Source of the DNA: Hyphomicrobiales bacterium
Lineage (GTDB): Bacteria; Pseudomonadota; Alphaproteobacteria; Rhizobiales; NORP267
Length of the DNA: 64,000 bases
Assembly (NCBI GenBank): GCA_021775855.1
Contig: JAJFGZ010000002.1
Coordinates: 5,723-69,722 of the forward strand
Reading direction: 5' to 3'
This document shows positions 1-9,843 of this stretch, piece by piece. Position 1 is the stretch's first letter, and every line of letters starts with the position of its first letter. The notes beneath the pieces were generated by a model. The model was not told where the DNA came from. It ran no database searches and saw only the letters and a program-made list of their open reading frames with translations. A program made the translations under genes and the position numbers.

Positions 1-210
1 TTTTACGGCGACACGCTTGATATTCGCACCAAGATTGTAAAAGTAGGCAGCTCCAGCTTTGAACTCGAGCATGAAATTAGCCGGGGTGAAACGTTGCTGT
101 TGACCGGACAGGAGTTGCGCATCTGGGCTGTCGACAGTCCGGAACACGCATCCGGGATTACCGCAAAACCGATCCCCGAGGAGATCAGGCTGATATTGTT
201 CGGGCAATAA
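1..210 (+). CDS. Hotdog-fold acyl-CoA thioesterase (4HBT/YbgC-like), C-terminal fragment; 5' end lies outside the window
   Basis: Frame 1 is open from the window edge to TAA at 208-210. It translates to FYGDTLDIRTKIVKVGSSSFELEHEISRGETLLLTGQELRIWAVD...LFGQ*. The G-x-SS-x-F-x-Y/H-x-I pattern is typical of 4HBT thioesterase C-termini. It is absent from the ORF track because there is no start in the window. Confidence 0.55.
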   Translation, partial: FYGDTLDIRTKIVKVGSSSFELEHEISRGETLLLTGQELRIWAVDSPEHASGITAKPIPEEIRLILFGQ

Positions 211-328
211 TGCCTTGCAAACCGCGATGGTCTGAACAAATCGAGAAAGAGTCATTGGTATCGGCTTGTATCCCTGATGGTCGCGGACTAGCCTTATTCA
301 AAACCATTCGCCCTTTCCCGGAGTATTC

Positions 329-1366
329 ATGAATTACGATTCTAGCATTATCGATGCCATTGGCAACACGCCCCTGTTCAAGCTGCGCAAAGTATCCGAC
401 GAGACCGGGTGCACTATCCTTGGCAAGGCGGAGTTCTTGAACCCTGGCCAGTCAGTCAAGGATCGCGCCGCCCTGTTCATAATTCGCGAGGCAGAGAAGA
501 GCGGTGCGCTAAAGCCAGGTGGCACCATTGTCGAGGGTACAGCCGGCAATACGGGAATTGGCCTTGCGCTGGTCGGTAACGCACTCGGGTATCCGTCCGT
601 CATCGTCATTCCCGAAACCCAGTCGAGGGATAAAAAGGACATGCTGCGGCTCGCAGGAGCGGAACTCCTGCAAGTGCCTGCCGTGCCCTACAGCAATCCG
701 AACAATTACATCCATGTGTCGAGCAGGGTCGCTGAACTTCTGAACAAGAACCGGCCAAACGGCGCTATTTGGGCAAATCAGTTCGACAACCTTGCCAACC
801 GCGAAGCACATTTCCAGACGACCGGACCGGAAATCTGGAACGATACGGATGGCAAGGTCGATGGATTTGTATCCGCGATGGGTACCGGCGGCACTATTTC
901 CGGGACATCCATGGCGCTCAAGGAACGCAACGCAGATATCGTGACGGTGCTGGCGGACCCAGGCGGCTCAGGGATTTACTCGTTCCTGACAAATGGAAAT
1001 TTCGATCCCTCGGGAACATCAATTACCGAAGGGATTGGCAACAATCGTGAGACGGCCAATCTAAAGGGTGCACCGATTGACGAAGCCTACAAGATCGAAG
1101 ATGCCGAGGCCCTGCCCTATATATTCGATTTGCTACAATACGAGGGTCTGTGTGTCGGCAGCTCGTCCGGCATCAACATTGCCGGAGCTGTACGACTGGC
1201 CAAGAAAATGGGACCGGGTCATACGATTGTCACCCTGCTTTGCGATTACGGCACGCGGTATCAGGAGAAGCTGTACAACCCTGAATTCCTGCGCAGCAGG
1301 GAACTTCCCGTTCCCTCATGGTTGGAAAAAACGCCAAACATCGATGTATCGGCTGTCCTTCAATGA
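329..1366 (+). CDS. Cysteine synthase / cystathionine beta-synthase family PLP enzyme (no CBS domains)
   Basis: 345-aa ORF with the PLP-lysine motif NPGQSVKDR, glycine loop GTAGNTGIGLA and GTGGT. GGAG lies 7 nt upstream of the ATG. The exact substrate cannot be assigned from sequence alone. Confidence 0.85.
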   Translation: MNYDSSIIDAIGNTPLFKLRKVSDETGCTILGKAEFLNPGQSVKDRAALFIIREAEKSGALKPGGTIVEGTAGNTGIGLALVGNALGYPSVIVIPETQSRDKKDMLRLAGAELLQVPAVPYSNPNNYIHVSSRVAELLNKNRPNGAIWANQFDNLANREAHFQTTGPEIWNDTDGKVDGFVSAMGTGGTISGTSMALKERNADIVTVLADPGGSGIYSFLTNGNFDPSGTSITEGIGNNRETANLKGAPIDEAYKIEDAEALPYIFDLLQYEGLCVGSSSGINIAGAVRLAKKMGPGHTIVTLLCDYGTRYQEKLYNPEFLRSRELPVPSWLEKTPNIDVSAVLQ

Positions 1367-2094
1367 CGATCAAACTTTTCATCGACGACGCCTACCAGAA
1401 GACCTGCGAGGCGAAGGTTGATGGCGTCAATGAGCGCGGTGGGATTATTCTTGATCAAACAATTTTTTACCCGACAGGCGGTGGTCAGCCTGGCGACTCT
1501 GGCTGGCTGGAAACCGGATCGGGTGAGAAAATCGAGATAGCCACAACTGTGTATGACGAAGACCGGACAACCATTGTCCATGTCCCGGGCGCACCTGTCG
1601 GTTCTGCTGTTAAGTCCGGTGACAGGGTAAAATGTAAAATCAACTGGGATGTTCGGTACGCCCGGATGCGAATCCACACTGCCCTGCATCTGCTCTCGGC
1701 GGTCTTGCCCTACCCCGTAACCGGCGGGTCGGTTAGCGATGGCACCGGCAGGCTTGATTTTGATATCCAGGATGCAAACCTTGCGGACAAGGAAGAGCTG
1801 ACCGGAAAACTCCAGACACTGATCGCAGCCAATTATCCGGCTACTACAGAGTGGATTACGGACGAAGAACTGGCGGCCAATCCGGGTCTGGTCAAAACAA
1901 TGTCGGTCAAACCACCGACGGGAGCCGGTAAAGTCCGCCTTTTGAGGATTGGCGGCGATGTGGACTTGCAACCTTGCGGCGGCACTCATGTGCTTTCGAC
2001 TGGAGAAATCGGCGCTATTTTAATCAAGAAGATCGAAAAGAAAGGCCGGCAGAACCGCCGCGTACGGCTGGCACTTGTTGAGGGGAATTCATGA
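1363..2094 (+). CDS. Free-standing alanyl-tRNA editing protein (AlaX-type, tRNA_SAD domain)
   Basis: Zinc motifs HTALHLL (HxxxH) and CGGTH are present. Start is placed at ATG 1363 (MTIKLFIDDAYQ), which forms an ATGA overlap with the upstream stop, rather than the track start at 1318. Confidence 0.8.
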   Translation: MTIKLFIDDAYQKTCEAKVDGVNERGGIILDQTIFYPTGGGQPGDSGWLETGSGEKIEIATTVYDEDRTTIVHVPGAPVGSAVKSGDRVKCKINWDVRYARMRIHTALHLLSAVLPYPVTGGSVSDGTGRLDFDIQDANLADKEELTGKLQTLIAANYPATTEWITDEELAANPGLVKTMSVKPPTGAGKVRLLRIGGDVDLQPCGGTHVLSTGEIGAILIKKIEKKGRQNRRVRLALVEGNS

Positions 2095-2951
2095 CGATGG
2101 CGAAATCAGGGAGTTTGGTGGACGCGCATTGGCTCAAGGATCATCTGGATGCACCCGATGTAGTAGTTGTCGACGCGTCCTGGCATCTGCCGACCGAGCA
2201 GCGTGACGCAAAAGCCGAATATCTGGAACAGCATATCCCCGGAACAGTATTTTTCGATATAGACGATATCTCGGATACATCCAGCGATCTGCCCCATATG
2301 CTTCCCGACAATGCCAAGTTCGCTTCAAAGGTGCGCAAACTTGGCATTGGCGACGGCATGCGCATCGTTGTCTACGACACAGTCGGGATGTTTTCTGCGG
2401 CCAGAGTCTGGTGGATGTTCCGGGTGATGGGCGCTCAAGATGTGATCTTGCTCGATGGCGGCATGCCGAAATGGCTGGAAGCAGGTTATTCAACCGAGAT
2501 CGGACCAGTCCAGCGCCAGGAACGTCATTTCACTGTGCGCCGGAATATGGCGATCGTCCGCGATGTTGACGATATCCTGGATATCACCAAGGGCAGCGAT
2601 ATCCAGATTGTCGATGCGCGTGCTGAGGCACGATTTCGGGGCGATGCGCCTGAACCGCGCGCCGGATTGCGGGCCGGGCATATCCCCGGCGCTCGCACCG
2701 TGCCGTTTACAACGTTGCTGAACGATGATCGAACGCTGCGCAGTCGCGACGAAATGGCTGCCATATTCGAGGATGCCGGGGTCTCGAAGAACCGGCCGAT
2801 TGTCACGAGTTGTGGGTCTGGCGTGACTGCAGCCATTCTGTCATTCGCGCTGGAAGAACTGGGTCACCGCAATGTCAGTCTTTACGACGGATCCTGGACC
2901 GAATGGGGATCGCGCGAGGACCTGCCGATTGCAACAGGCCCTGCCGACTAA
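2091..2951 (+). CDS. sseA: 3-mercaptopyruvate/thiosulfate sulfurtransferase (tandem rhodanese)
   Basis: 286 aa with two rhodanese halves and the active-site loop CGSGVTAA. The start forms an ATGA overlap with the upstream stop at 2091-2094. Confidence 0.85.
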   Translation: MTMAKSGSLVDAHWLKDHLDAPDVVVVDASWHLPTEQRDAKAEYLEQHIPGTVFFDIDDISDTSSDLPHMLPDNAKFASKVRKLGIGDGMRIVVYDTVGMFSAARVWWMFRVMGAQDVILLDGGMPKWLEAGYSTEIGPVQRQERHFTVRRNMAIVRDVDDILDITKGSDIQIVDARAEARFRGDAPEPRAGLRAGHIPGARTVPFTTLLNDDRTLRSRDEMAAIFEDAGVSKNRPIVTSCGSGVTAAILSFALEELGHRNVSLYDGSWTEWGSREDLPIATGPAD

Positions 2952-2970
2952 TCTCGATTTACGCCAACAG

Positions 2971-3879
2971 TTAGTGCAGGATTTGACTCAGGAAGAGTTT
3001 GGTCCGTTCGTGCTGCGGCTTGGTGAAAAACGGTTCCGGCTCGTTCTGTTCGATGATCTGGCCTGCATCCATGAAGATAACGCGGTTTGCTACCTGCCGG
3101 GCAAAGCCCATTTCGTGGGTAACAACCAGCATGGTCATACCGGTTTCGGCCAAATCCACCATCACATCCAGCACTTCCTTGATCATTTCCGGGTCAAGCG
3201 CAGATGTCGGTTCATCGAACAGCATGATGCGCGGGTTCATGCAAAGGGACCTGGCAATCGCCACACGCTGCTGCTGGCCACCGGACAATTGACCGGGATA
3301 TTTGAGGGCCTGCTCCGGAATCTTGACTTTCTCCAGATATTCCATCGCAATCTTTTCGGCTTCCGACTTCGGCATTTTGCGAACCCAGATTGGCGCGAGG
3401 GTACAGTTTTCGAGGATCGTCAGGTGCGGGAAGAGATTAAAATGCTGGAACACCATGCCGACCTCGCGGCGGATTTCATCGATCTTCTTGAGGTCGTTGG
3501 TAAGCTCGATACCATCGACTTCGATCCGCCCCTTCTGATGCTCTTCGAGGCGGTTGATGCAGCGGATCATGGTGGACTTGCCGGATCCTGACGGGCCACA
3601 AATGACGATACGCTCGCCGCGCATGACTTTAAGATCGATGTCACGCAGAACGTGGAAATCGCCGTACCACTTGTTCATATCCGTTATGTGGATTGCAACT
3701 TCATCGGATACGGCCAAGTTGCTAGCGCCGCCGTTTGCTTTTGCGGTGACCGATTTTTTGCTACGCGCCGTGGTTGCCCGTTTGGCAGCCCCTGCCCGCT
3801 TGGTTGTCGCGCGCGCCTTGGCACCTCCGGCGGTTTTCGCCGGCGCTTTGGTGCTCTTCCTGGTTGCTTGTCTGGCCAT
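2971..3879 (-). CDS. aapP: Polar amino-acid ABC transporter ATP-binding protein (AapP-like) with a basic N-terminal extension of about 55 aa
   Basis: Walker [10 protein letters not shown], signature [13 protein letters not shown] and Walker [12 protein letters not shown] are present. The ATG at 3879 has AGGGGA about 8 nt upstream. The N-terminus is rich in Lys, Ala and Thr. Confidence 0.88.
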   Translation of the reverse strand: MARQATRKSTKAPAKTAGGAKARATTKRAGAAKRATTARSKKSVTAKANGGASNLAVSDEVAIHITDMNKWYGDFHVLRDIDLKVMRGERIVICGPSGSGKSTMIRCINRLEEHQKGRIEVDGIELTNDLKKIDEIRREVGMVFQHFNLFPHLTILENCTLAPIWVRKMPKSEAEKIAMEYLEKVKIPEQALKYPGQLSGGQQQRVAIARSLCMNPRIMLFDEPTSALDPEMIKEVLDVMVDLAETGMTMLVVTHEMGFARQVANRVIFMDAGQIIEQNEPEPFFTKPQHERTKLFLSQILH

Positions 3880-3891
3880 CTGCTTAATCCC

Positions 3892-5022
3892 CTAGCGCTT
3901 GTGTCCGGTATGCAGGCGGTTCTCCATGTAAATGGAATAGCGCGACATACTGAAACAGAAAATGAAAAATCCAATTGCGGCAAATACGTAGCCTGTATGG
4001 CTCGTCATGGGCGTCGACCATTTCGGGTCGGTAAAGCTCAACTGAATGGCGCCCAACAGGTCAAACAAGCCAACGATCAAGACAAGCGTTGTGTCCTTGA
4101 ACAGCCCGATAAATGTGTTGACGATGCCCGGGATGACGAGCTTCAGGGCCTGAGGCAAAATGATCAGGCCCATGGTTTTCCAATATGGCAATCCAAGCGC
4201 CTGTGAGCCTTCGTACTGGCCCTTGGGGATCGCCTGCAACCCGCCACGCACCACCTCGGCCATATAAGCCGCCGAGAATAATGCAACACCAATCAGGACC
4301 CGCATGAGTTTATCGAAGGTTACTCCTTCGGGCAGGAATAGCGGAAGCATCACGCTCGCCATAAACAGCACAGTGATCAACGGAACGCCGCGCCAGAACT
4401 CGATGAAAATGACTGATATCAGTCGAACGATCGGCATGTCGGATCGTCGGCCAAGGGCAAACAGGACACCCAATGGCAAAGAGACCACAATCCCGGTAAT
4501 CGCCACAACCAGGGTCACCAACAGGCCACCCCAGAGCGGCGTTTCGATATGTGGTAATCCGAAATACCCGCCTACCAGCAAGAAAAACGCCATGATCGGA
4601 AAGATCACCAGCATGAAAATGGAGTTCCATTTCTTGTAGGGCAACGTCGGTATGGCAAGGGTAATGGTCCCGATCGCCATAATTACAAAAACAATGTCGA
4701 CGCGCCAACGCTCTTCGACGGGATACCGGCCGTATATAAACTGGCCAAATTTGGCTTCCACGTATGCCCAACAGGCGCCGCCACCGCCTGCAAGACACCC
4801 TTCGCGATCATCAGCAACCCAGGTCGCGTCAATTATCACGAAATTTACGATCGGCGGAACGATGATCCAGACGAGATATATGGCGAACAGCGTCAGGGCT
4901 GTATTGATCCAGCTCGAAAACAAGTTCTTGCGCATCCAACCGACGAGACCAACCGTTGACGCCGGCGGCGCAGATTCGCCCACCATTTCGGAGCGGACAT
5001 ATGAAAGTGCAGTATCACTCAT
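3892..5022 (-). CDS. aapM: General L-amino-acid ABC transporter permease (AapM-like)
   Basis: Polytopic membrane protein with the EAA-loop region of amino-acid permeases (SQALGLPYWKTMGLIILPQALK). Start is placed at ATG 5022, which has GAGGAG 6 nt upstream, because the track start at 5061 overlaps aapQ. Confidence 0.85.
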   Translation of the reverse strand: MSDTALSYVRSEMVGESAPPASTVGLVGWMRKNLFSSWINTALTLFAIYLVWIIVPPIVNFVIIDATWVADDREGCLAGGGGACWAYVEAKFGQFIYGRYPVEERWRVDIVFVIMAIGTITLAIPTLPYKKWNSIFMLVIFPIMAFFLLVGGYFGLPHIETPLWGGLLVTLVVAITGIVVSLPLGVLFALGRRSDMPIVRLISVIFIEFWRGVPLITVLFMASVMLPLFLPEGVTFDKLMRVLIGVALFSAAYMAEVVRGGLQAIPKGQYEGSQALGLPYWKTMGLIILPQALKLVIPGIVNTFIGLFKDTTLVLIVGLFDLLGAIQLSFTDPKWSTPMTSHTGYVFAAIGFFIFCFSMSRYSIYMENRLHTGHKR

Positions 5023-5032
5023 AACTGGCTCC

Positions 5033-6241
5033 TCATCGCTCGACCAGCGCCATGCGCGCATTGTACCAATTCATAAATATCGACGTGACGATCGATATCG
5101 CGAGATAGACCGCCAGGGTGATCAGGAGAATCTCGACCGCCTGTCCGGTTTGATTGAGGACCGTGCCTGCAAAGACCGAGACCAGATCTGGGTATGCAAT
5201 TGCAACCGCCAGCGACGAATTCTTGGTCAGATTAAGATACTGGCTGGTTAGCGGCGGAATGATCACCCGCAAGGCCTGTGGAATGACGACGAGCCGGAGC
5301 GTTGGGCCGGACCGCACGCCCAGTGCATGGGCTGCCTCTGTCTGACCGTGGCTCACCGCCAGGATACCAGCCCGGACGATCTCGGCGATAAAGGTCGCGG
5401 TGTACAGCACCAGTGCCAGAAGCAGCGACATGAATTCGGGAATGACAACCATACCGCCCTGGAAATTAAAGCCAGTCAATTCTGGAATTTGCCACTGCAA
5501 AGGCAATCCGAGAATAAGGAATACAACGAGTGGCAGTCCCAGGATCAGGCCAATGCTCGTCCAGAAAACCGGAAACTGTTCCCCAGTCGCTTCCTGGCGT
5601 TTATGTGCCCAGCGGCGCACAAGGAAAGCTGCGACAATCCCGATCAAGACCATGATCCCGACCCATCCCATACCATCTTCTGGAAGGGGACGCGGCATAA
5701 ACAGGCCCCGCGTATTGAGGACAATGTTGGCGCCAAACTCTACGCTGTCGCGGGGGTTGGGCAAACTCCGTAGAACGGCGAAATACCAGAAAAATATTTG
5801 TAACAGCAGGGGAACGTTGCGCAGCGTTTCAATATAAACAGTCGATAGTTTGGCGATCACCCAGTTGTTTGAAAGCCTGGCGACGCCGAGAATGAAGCCC
5901 CAGATTGTGGCGAGAATGATGCCTATAAAAGCAACAAGCAGGGTGTTCACCAGGCCAACATAGAAGGCCGCCCCGTAGCTGGATTCTTCAGCATAATCGA
6001 CAATATATGTACCAAGTGACGGGGCGATACTGAACCCGGATGTGGTGCCCAGAAAACCGAAACCGGACGCGATCTGCTGTCTCTCAAGATTGCTGATCGT
6101 GTTGGTTATCATCGAATAACCCAACCATATCACCAGCAAGATAAGTGCGACTTGAGAGATAAGCGCGCGAATTTTCGGATCATATAAAAGCGAAGCACGG
6201 CCAGATTCCGCAACTTCAGCAGCAGGCTCTTGTACAGCCAT
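5033..6241 (-). CDS. aapQ: General L-amino-acid ABC transporter permease (AapQ-like)
   Basis: Polytopic permease with the motif EAAHALGVRSGPTLRLVVIPQALR. Start is placed at ATG 6241, which has GAGGGG upstream. The track start at 6262 is a GTG. Confidence 0.85.
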   Translation of the reverse strand: MAVQEPAAEVAESGRASLLYDPKIRALISQVALILLVIWLGYSMITNTISNLERQQIASGFGFLGTTSGFSIAPSLGTYIVDYAEESSYGAAFYVGLVNTLLVAFIGIILATIWGFILGVARLSNNWVIAKLSTVYIETLRNVPLLLQIFFWYFAVLRSLPNPRDSVEFGANIVLNTRGLFMPRPLPEDGMGWVGIMVLIGIVAAFLVRRWAHKRQEATGEQFPVFWTSIGLILGLPLVVFLILGLPLQWQIPELTGFNFQGGMVVIPEFMSLLLALVLYTATFIAEIVRAGILAVSHGQTEAAHALGVRSGPTLRLVVIPQALRVIIPPLTSQYLNLTKNSSLAVAIAYPDLVSVFAGTVLNQTGQAVEILLITLAVYLAISIVTSIFMNWYNARMALVER

Positions 6242-6330
6242 TTCCGCCCCTCGAGATTTCACATCGGGTCTCGCGCCATTTGTCTGGCGTCTCCTGACCC
6301 TAGTCAGTAATTTACGTATTCAAACTAGTA

Positions 6331-6360
6331 GAAAAACCGCCCCGGGAAATCCCGAGGCGG
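6331..6360 (-). terminator. Intrinsic terminator/attenuator between aapJ and aapQ
   Basis: On the minus strand, CCGCCTCGGGATTTCCCGGGGCGG forms a 10-bp stem with one mismatch and a 4-nt loop (6337-6360). TTTTT follows at 6332-6336. It starts 14 nt after the aapJ stop. Confidence 0.55.
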
Positions 6361-6373
6361 CTACAATTGTTTT

Positions 6374-7393
6374 TTAGCGAACCGGTGGTGCGTATTGCAG
6401 GCCACCATTCGACCAAAGGTCGTTTACGCCGCGAGAAATTCCCAGAGGCGTATCGGGTCCAACATTGGCATCAAAAATTTCGCCGTAATTACCGACGGAC
6501 TTGATAATGTTGTATGCCCAGTCGTTGCTGAGGCCAATGGCTTCACCAAACGCGCCTTCGGTGCCGAGAAGGCGTTTCACGCCAGGATTGGAACCATTGC
6601 GCATTTCATCAACATTTGCACTGGTTACACCCATTTCTTCAGCATTGATCATCGCGTTGAGTGACCATTTGACAATGTCAAACCACTGGTCGTCGCCGTG
6701 ACGGACAACAGGACCAAGCGGCTCTTTGGAAATGATTTCCGGAAGAACCGAATGCTCGCCAGGGTTGGTCAGCTTGAGGCGCTGAGCATAAAGACCCGAA
6801 GCGTCTGTTGTGTAAACGTCACAACGGCCTGAATCATATGCCTGCACAACTTCGTCGGCTTTCTCAAAGGCAACCACTTCGTAATTCATGTTGTTGCCAC
6901 GGAAATAGTCAGCGACGTTAAGTTCTGTTGTCGTGCCGGTGTTGGTGCAAACAGATGCGCCGTCAAGCTGGAGGGCACTGGTGACGCCAAGCGAATTGCG
7001 AACCATGAAGCCCTGGCCGTCATAATAGTTGACGCCAGCAAAGTTGAGACCAAGCGATGTGTCGCGGCTCATTGTCCAGGTCGTGTTGCGCGAGAGCACA
7101 TCAACTTCACCGGACTGCAGGGCGGTAAACCGCTCCTTGGCTGACAGAGGAGTGTATTTCACAGCGCTTGCATCGCCGAACACGGCGGCAGCAACGGCGC
7201 GACATACATCAACATCAATGCCTGTCCAATCGCCGGCATCGTTGGTGTTCGAGAAGCCGGGAAGTCCCTGGCTTACACCACATTGCACAAAGCCTTTTGC
7301 CTTGACGTCGTCAAGAGTGGCAGCACTGGACGCACCAGCTGATACACCCAATGACGCCATTCCTAGAATTACTGGAAGAATAATTTTCTTCAT
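6374..7393 (-). CDS. aapJ: General L-amino-acid ABC transporter periplasmic substrate-binding protein (AapJ-like)
   Basis: Start is placed at ATG 7393, giving the signal peptide MKKIILPVILGMASLGVSAGASSA. AGAAGG lies upstream. The mature part resembles family-3 solute-binding proteins. Confidence 0.85.
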   Translation of the reverse strand: MKKIILPVILGMASLGVSAGASSAATLDDVKAKGFVQCGVSQGLPGFSNTNDAGDWTGIDVDVCRAVAAAVFGDASAVKYTPLSAKERFTALQSGEVDVLSRNTTWTMSRDTSLGLNFAGVNYYDGQGFMVRNSLGVTSALQLDGASVCTNTGTTTELNVADYFRGNNMNYEVVAFEKADEVVQAYDSGRCDVYTTDASGLYAQRLKLTNPGEHSVLPEIISKEPLGPVVRHGDDQWFDIVKWSLNAMINAEEMGVTSANVDEMRNGSNPGVKRLLGTEGAFGEAIGLSNDWAYNIIKSVGNYGEIFDANVGPDTPLGISRGVNDLWSNGGLQYAPPVR

Positions 7394-7706
7394 AACTGAA
7401 CCTTCTTTCGTTACAGACTGAACGTGTTTCATCCCTGAATTTAATTGACCAGTTAAGCAATCCACCCCTGGCTCCCTCCCTTAGTCTATTGGGTGCCCGA
7501 CGTAAAATTCTCGTCGATCAATGGACACCGAACATTATCTATTTGGACTGCCCGGTGCAACCTGCAAAGAAGGCGAATTTGAACCTCACGTCAAGTGCAT
7601 AGGCGGCGGATTAATCGTCAAAGTGGTTCTCGACACGTTTTTTTTCGCATTTTCTGGAAATTCGTGATTATGGTCGTCGCAATTCCCAATAAATTTGGAT
7701 TTGAAT

Positions 7707-8900
7707 ATGGCATCTAAAAATTCCAAGACCGCGACAAGATTGGCCCATGGCGGGCGCACATCCAACGATCACTATGGCTTTATAAATACCCCTGTTTATC
7801 GTGGGTCGACGGTATTGTTTGAAAACACCGCCGCGCTGAAAAAGCGCGATGCCAGATACACCTACGGTATCCATGCAACGCCGACGACGGATTCACTTAC
7901 CGATCTGATCACCGAACTGGAGGGGGGCGCGGGAACGGTGCTGGCACCATCTGGAATGGCCTCCATAACCACCGCTTTGCTGGCGCTGGTGGAGGCCGGC
8001 GATCATGTCCTAATCACCGATAGCGTGTACCGCCCGACCCGGCGATTTGCGGATAAAGTACTTGCCGCGCTCGGTGTTGAAATTGAATATTATGACCCGC
8101 TGATTGGTGCAGAAATTTCACACCTGTTCAAAGAAAATACACGGGTTCTGTTTTTGGAGACACCAGGTTCCCAGACCATGGAAATGCAGGACATCCCGGC
8201 CCTCGTTACAGCAGCGAAAGCGCACAAAGGACGCCGGGAGATTTATACAATTGTCGACAATACCTGGGCGACGGCGCTGTTTTTCCGGGCGTTGGATTTT
8301 GGTGTCGACATCACCCTCCAGGCTGGAACCAAATATATCGGTGGGCATTCGGATATCATGCTTGGGGCTACAACGGCCAACGAACGAACTTGGCCGCTAT
8401 TGTCAAGAACCCATACGGCGCTCGGAATGTGCCCCGGGACGGAAGAAGTCTTTCTTGGGCTGCGCGGCATTCGAACCATGGAAGTGCGGTTGCGCCAGCA
8501 TATGGCCTCCGCCTTACTGATTGCGGCGTGGCTTCGCGAGCGGCCGGAAGTATCCGAAGTCTTACACCCTGGACTGCCAGGCGGCCCTGGCCACGACATC
8601 TGGTTGCGCGACTTCAAAGGATCCTGTGGCTTGTTCTCTATCATCTTCGAGCCAGTCAATGAAGCCTGCGTCGACGCGTTTCTTGACACGCTGGACTTGT
8701 TTGGCCTCGGATATTCGTGGGGCGGGTTCGAAAGCCTGGCGATCCCGTTCGACCCAAGCACCTATCGCAGTGCAACCGAATGGGTTGGAAAAGGGCCTGC
8801 TGTTCGATTTCATATCGGTCTCGAAGATCCGGATGATTTGATCGAGGATCTTGACTCCGGATTTTCCAGCCTGGCCCGCTGCCGGGACGGCAAAAATTGA
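7707..8900 (+). CDS. metC: Cystathionine beta-lyase (Cys/Met-metabolism PLP family)
   Basis: About 397 aa. TRLAHGGR near the N-terminus and the PLP-lysine context LQAGTKYIGGHSDIMLG are present. The first ATG (7707) is preferred over TTG 7695. Confidence 0.8.
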   Translation: MASKNSKTATRLAHGGRTSNDHYGFINTPVYRGSTVLFENTAALKKRDARYTYGIHATPTTDSLTDLITELEGGAGTVLAPSGMASITTALLALVEAGDHVLITDSVYRPTRRFADKVLAALGVEIEYYDPLIGAEISHLFKENTRVLFLETPGSQTMEMQDIPALVTAAKAHKGRREIYTIVDNTWATALFFRALDFGVDITLQAGTKYIGGHSDIMLGATTANERTWPLLSRTHTALGMCPGTEEVFLGLRGIRTMEVRLRQHMASALLIAAWLRERPEVSEVLHPGLPGGPGHDIWLRDFKGSCGLFSIIFEPVNEACVDAFLDTLDLFGLGYSWGGFESLAIPFDPSTYRSATEWVGKGPAVRFHIGLEDPDDLIEDLDSGFSSLARCRDGKN

Positions 8901-8946
8901 TCACCTTCCAGCCAGACGCAGCCAATTGCGCCCCTTAGACATTCTC

Positions 8947-9786
8947 ATGGCTGTCGGCGTTCCGGTTATTTGGGCGACCGGGTTCGTTTTGGCGAAAGTC
9001 GCTCTGCTGGATTTTCCTCCGATCCTGCTGATGTCGCTCAGGTTTGCATTGACGGCATTTGTCCTTGTCTGGTTTTTCCGGCCTCCTATGCCATTGCTCC
9101 CGAAGATATTCGTGATTTCTCTGATCTCGGCAACGATCCAATACGGTCTCACCTTCAATGGTCTCAAATTATTAGATGCTTCTACCGCAGGCCTCCTTAT
9201 TCAGGCCGAGGTGCCGATGTGTGCCCTGCTGGCGGCGGTGCTGCTCAAGGAACGGATCACACTCAAAATGACCCTCGGGATGATCCTGGCGTTTATCGGC
9301 GTTGCGATCATCGCGGGTGAACCCAGACTGGAGGGCAACGAATTTGCAATCCTGCTTGTGCTCGGGGGTGGATTTTTCTGGTCGTTGGGACAGGTTATGA
9401 CCCGGCAACTGGGCGGTATAAATGGCTTCGTACTTATTACGTGGATCGCCGTGTTCGCCACTCCGCAAATGTTTGTTGCGAGTTGGTTCTTTGAAAGCGG
9501 TCAGATTGAAGCCATACGAAACGCTGGTTCGGAGGTCTGGATCGCCGTTATCTATATGGGCCTGATCATGACCGCGATTGGATATGCAATCTGGTATCAT
9601 CTGTTGGGCAAATTTCCTGTGAACAAAGTCGCCCCGTTTCTTCTTTTGCTGCCAGTCACGATCCTTGTCGAGAGTGTGTTGTTTCTTGGTGAAGAGTTGA
9701 CATGGTTTACAATTGTCGGCGGCGTTTTGACAATATGTGGCGTCGCCGTATTGGTCACTTCCGATCCAAATTCCGCGTCTACATAA
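8947..9786 (+). CDS. EamA/DMT-family transporter
   Basis: Ten predicted TM helices arranged as two EamA repeats. The start is uncertain: ATG 8947 is used, and in-frame TTG 8926 would add MRPLDIL. The track start at 8851 overlaps metC. Confidence 0.78.
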   Translation: MAVGVPVIWATGFVLAKVALLDFPPILLMSLRFALTAFVLVWFFRPPMPLLPKIFVISLISATIQYGLTFNGLKLLDASTAGLLIQAEVPMCALLAAVLLKERITLKMTLGMILAFIGVAIIAGEPRLEGNEFAILLVLGGGFFWSLGQVMTRQLGGINGFVLITWIAVFATPQMFVASWFFESGQIEAIRNAGSEVWIAVIYMGLIMTAIGYAIWYHLLGKFPVNKVAPFLLLLPVTILVESVLFLGEELTWFTIVGGVLTICGVAVLVTSDPNSAST

Positions 9787-9843
9787 CCGGATTTGTGGCG
9801 GTTCATCTGTACAGAGACTTATAACCCCGATAATCTTGCTGCC

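Noticed and set aside
2872-3591. 239-aa plus-strand ORF overlapping the end of sseA and most of aapP
   Set aside because: It is the familiar antisense frame of ABC ATPase genes. The minus strand encodes perfect Walker A, signature and Walker B motifs.
7466-7706. Possible SAM-type riboswitch in the 240-nt spacer upstream of metC
   Set aside because: I could not recognise a SAM-II or SAM-SAH-like pseudoknot core, or any convincing conserved helices, by eye. A covariance-model scan (Rfam/Infernal) would be needed, so I make no claim.
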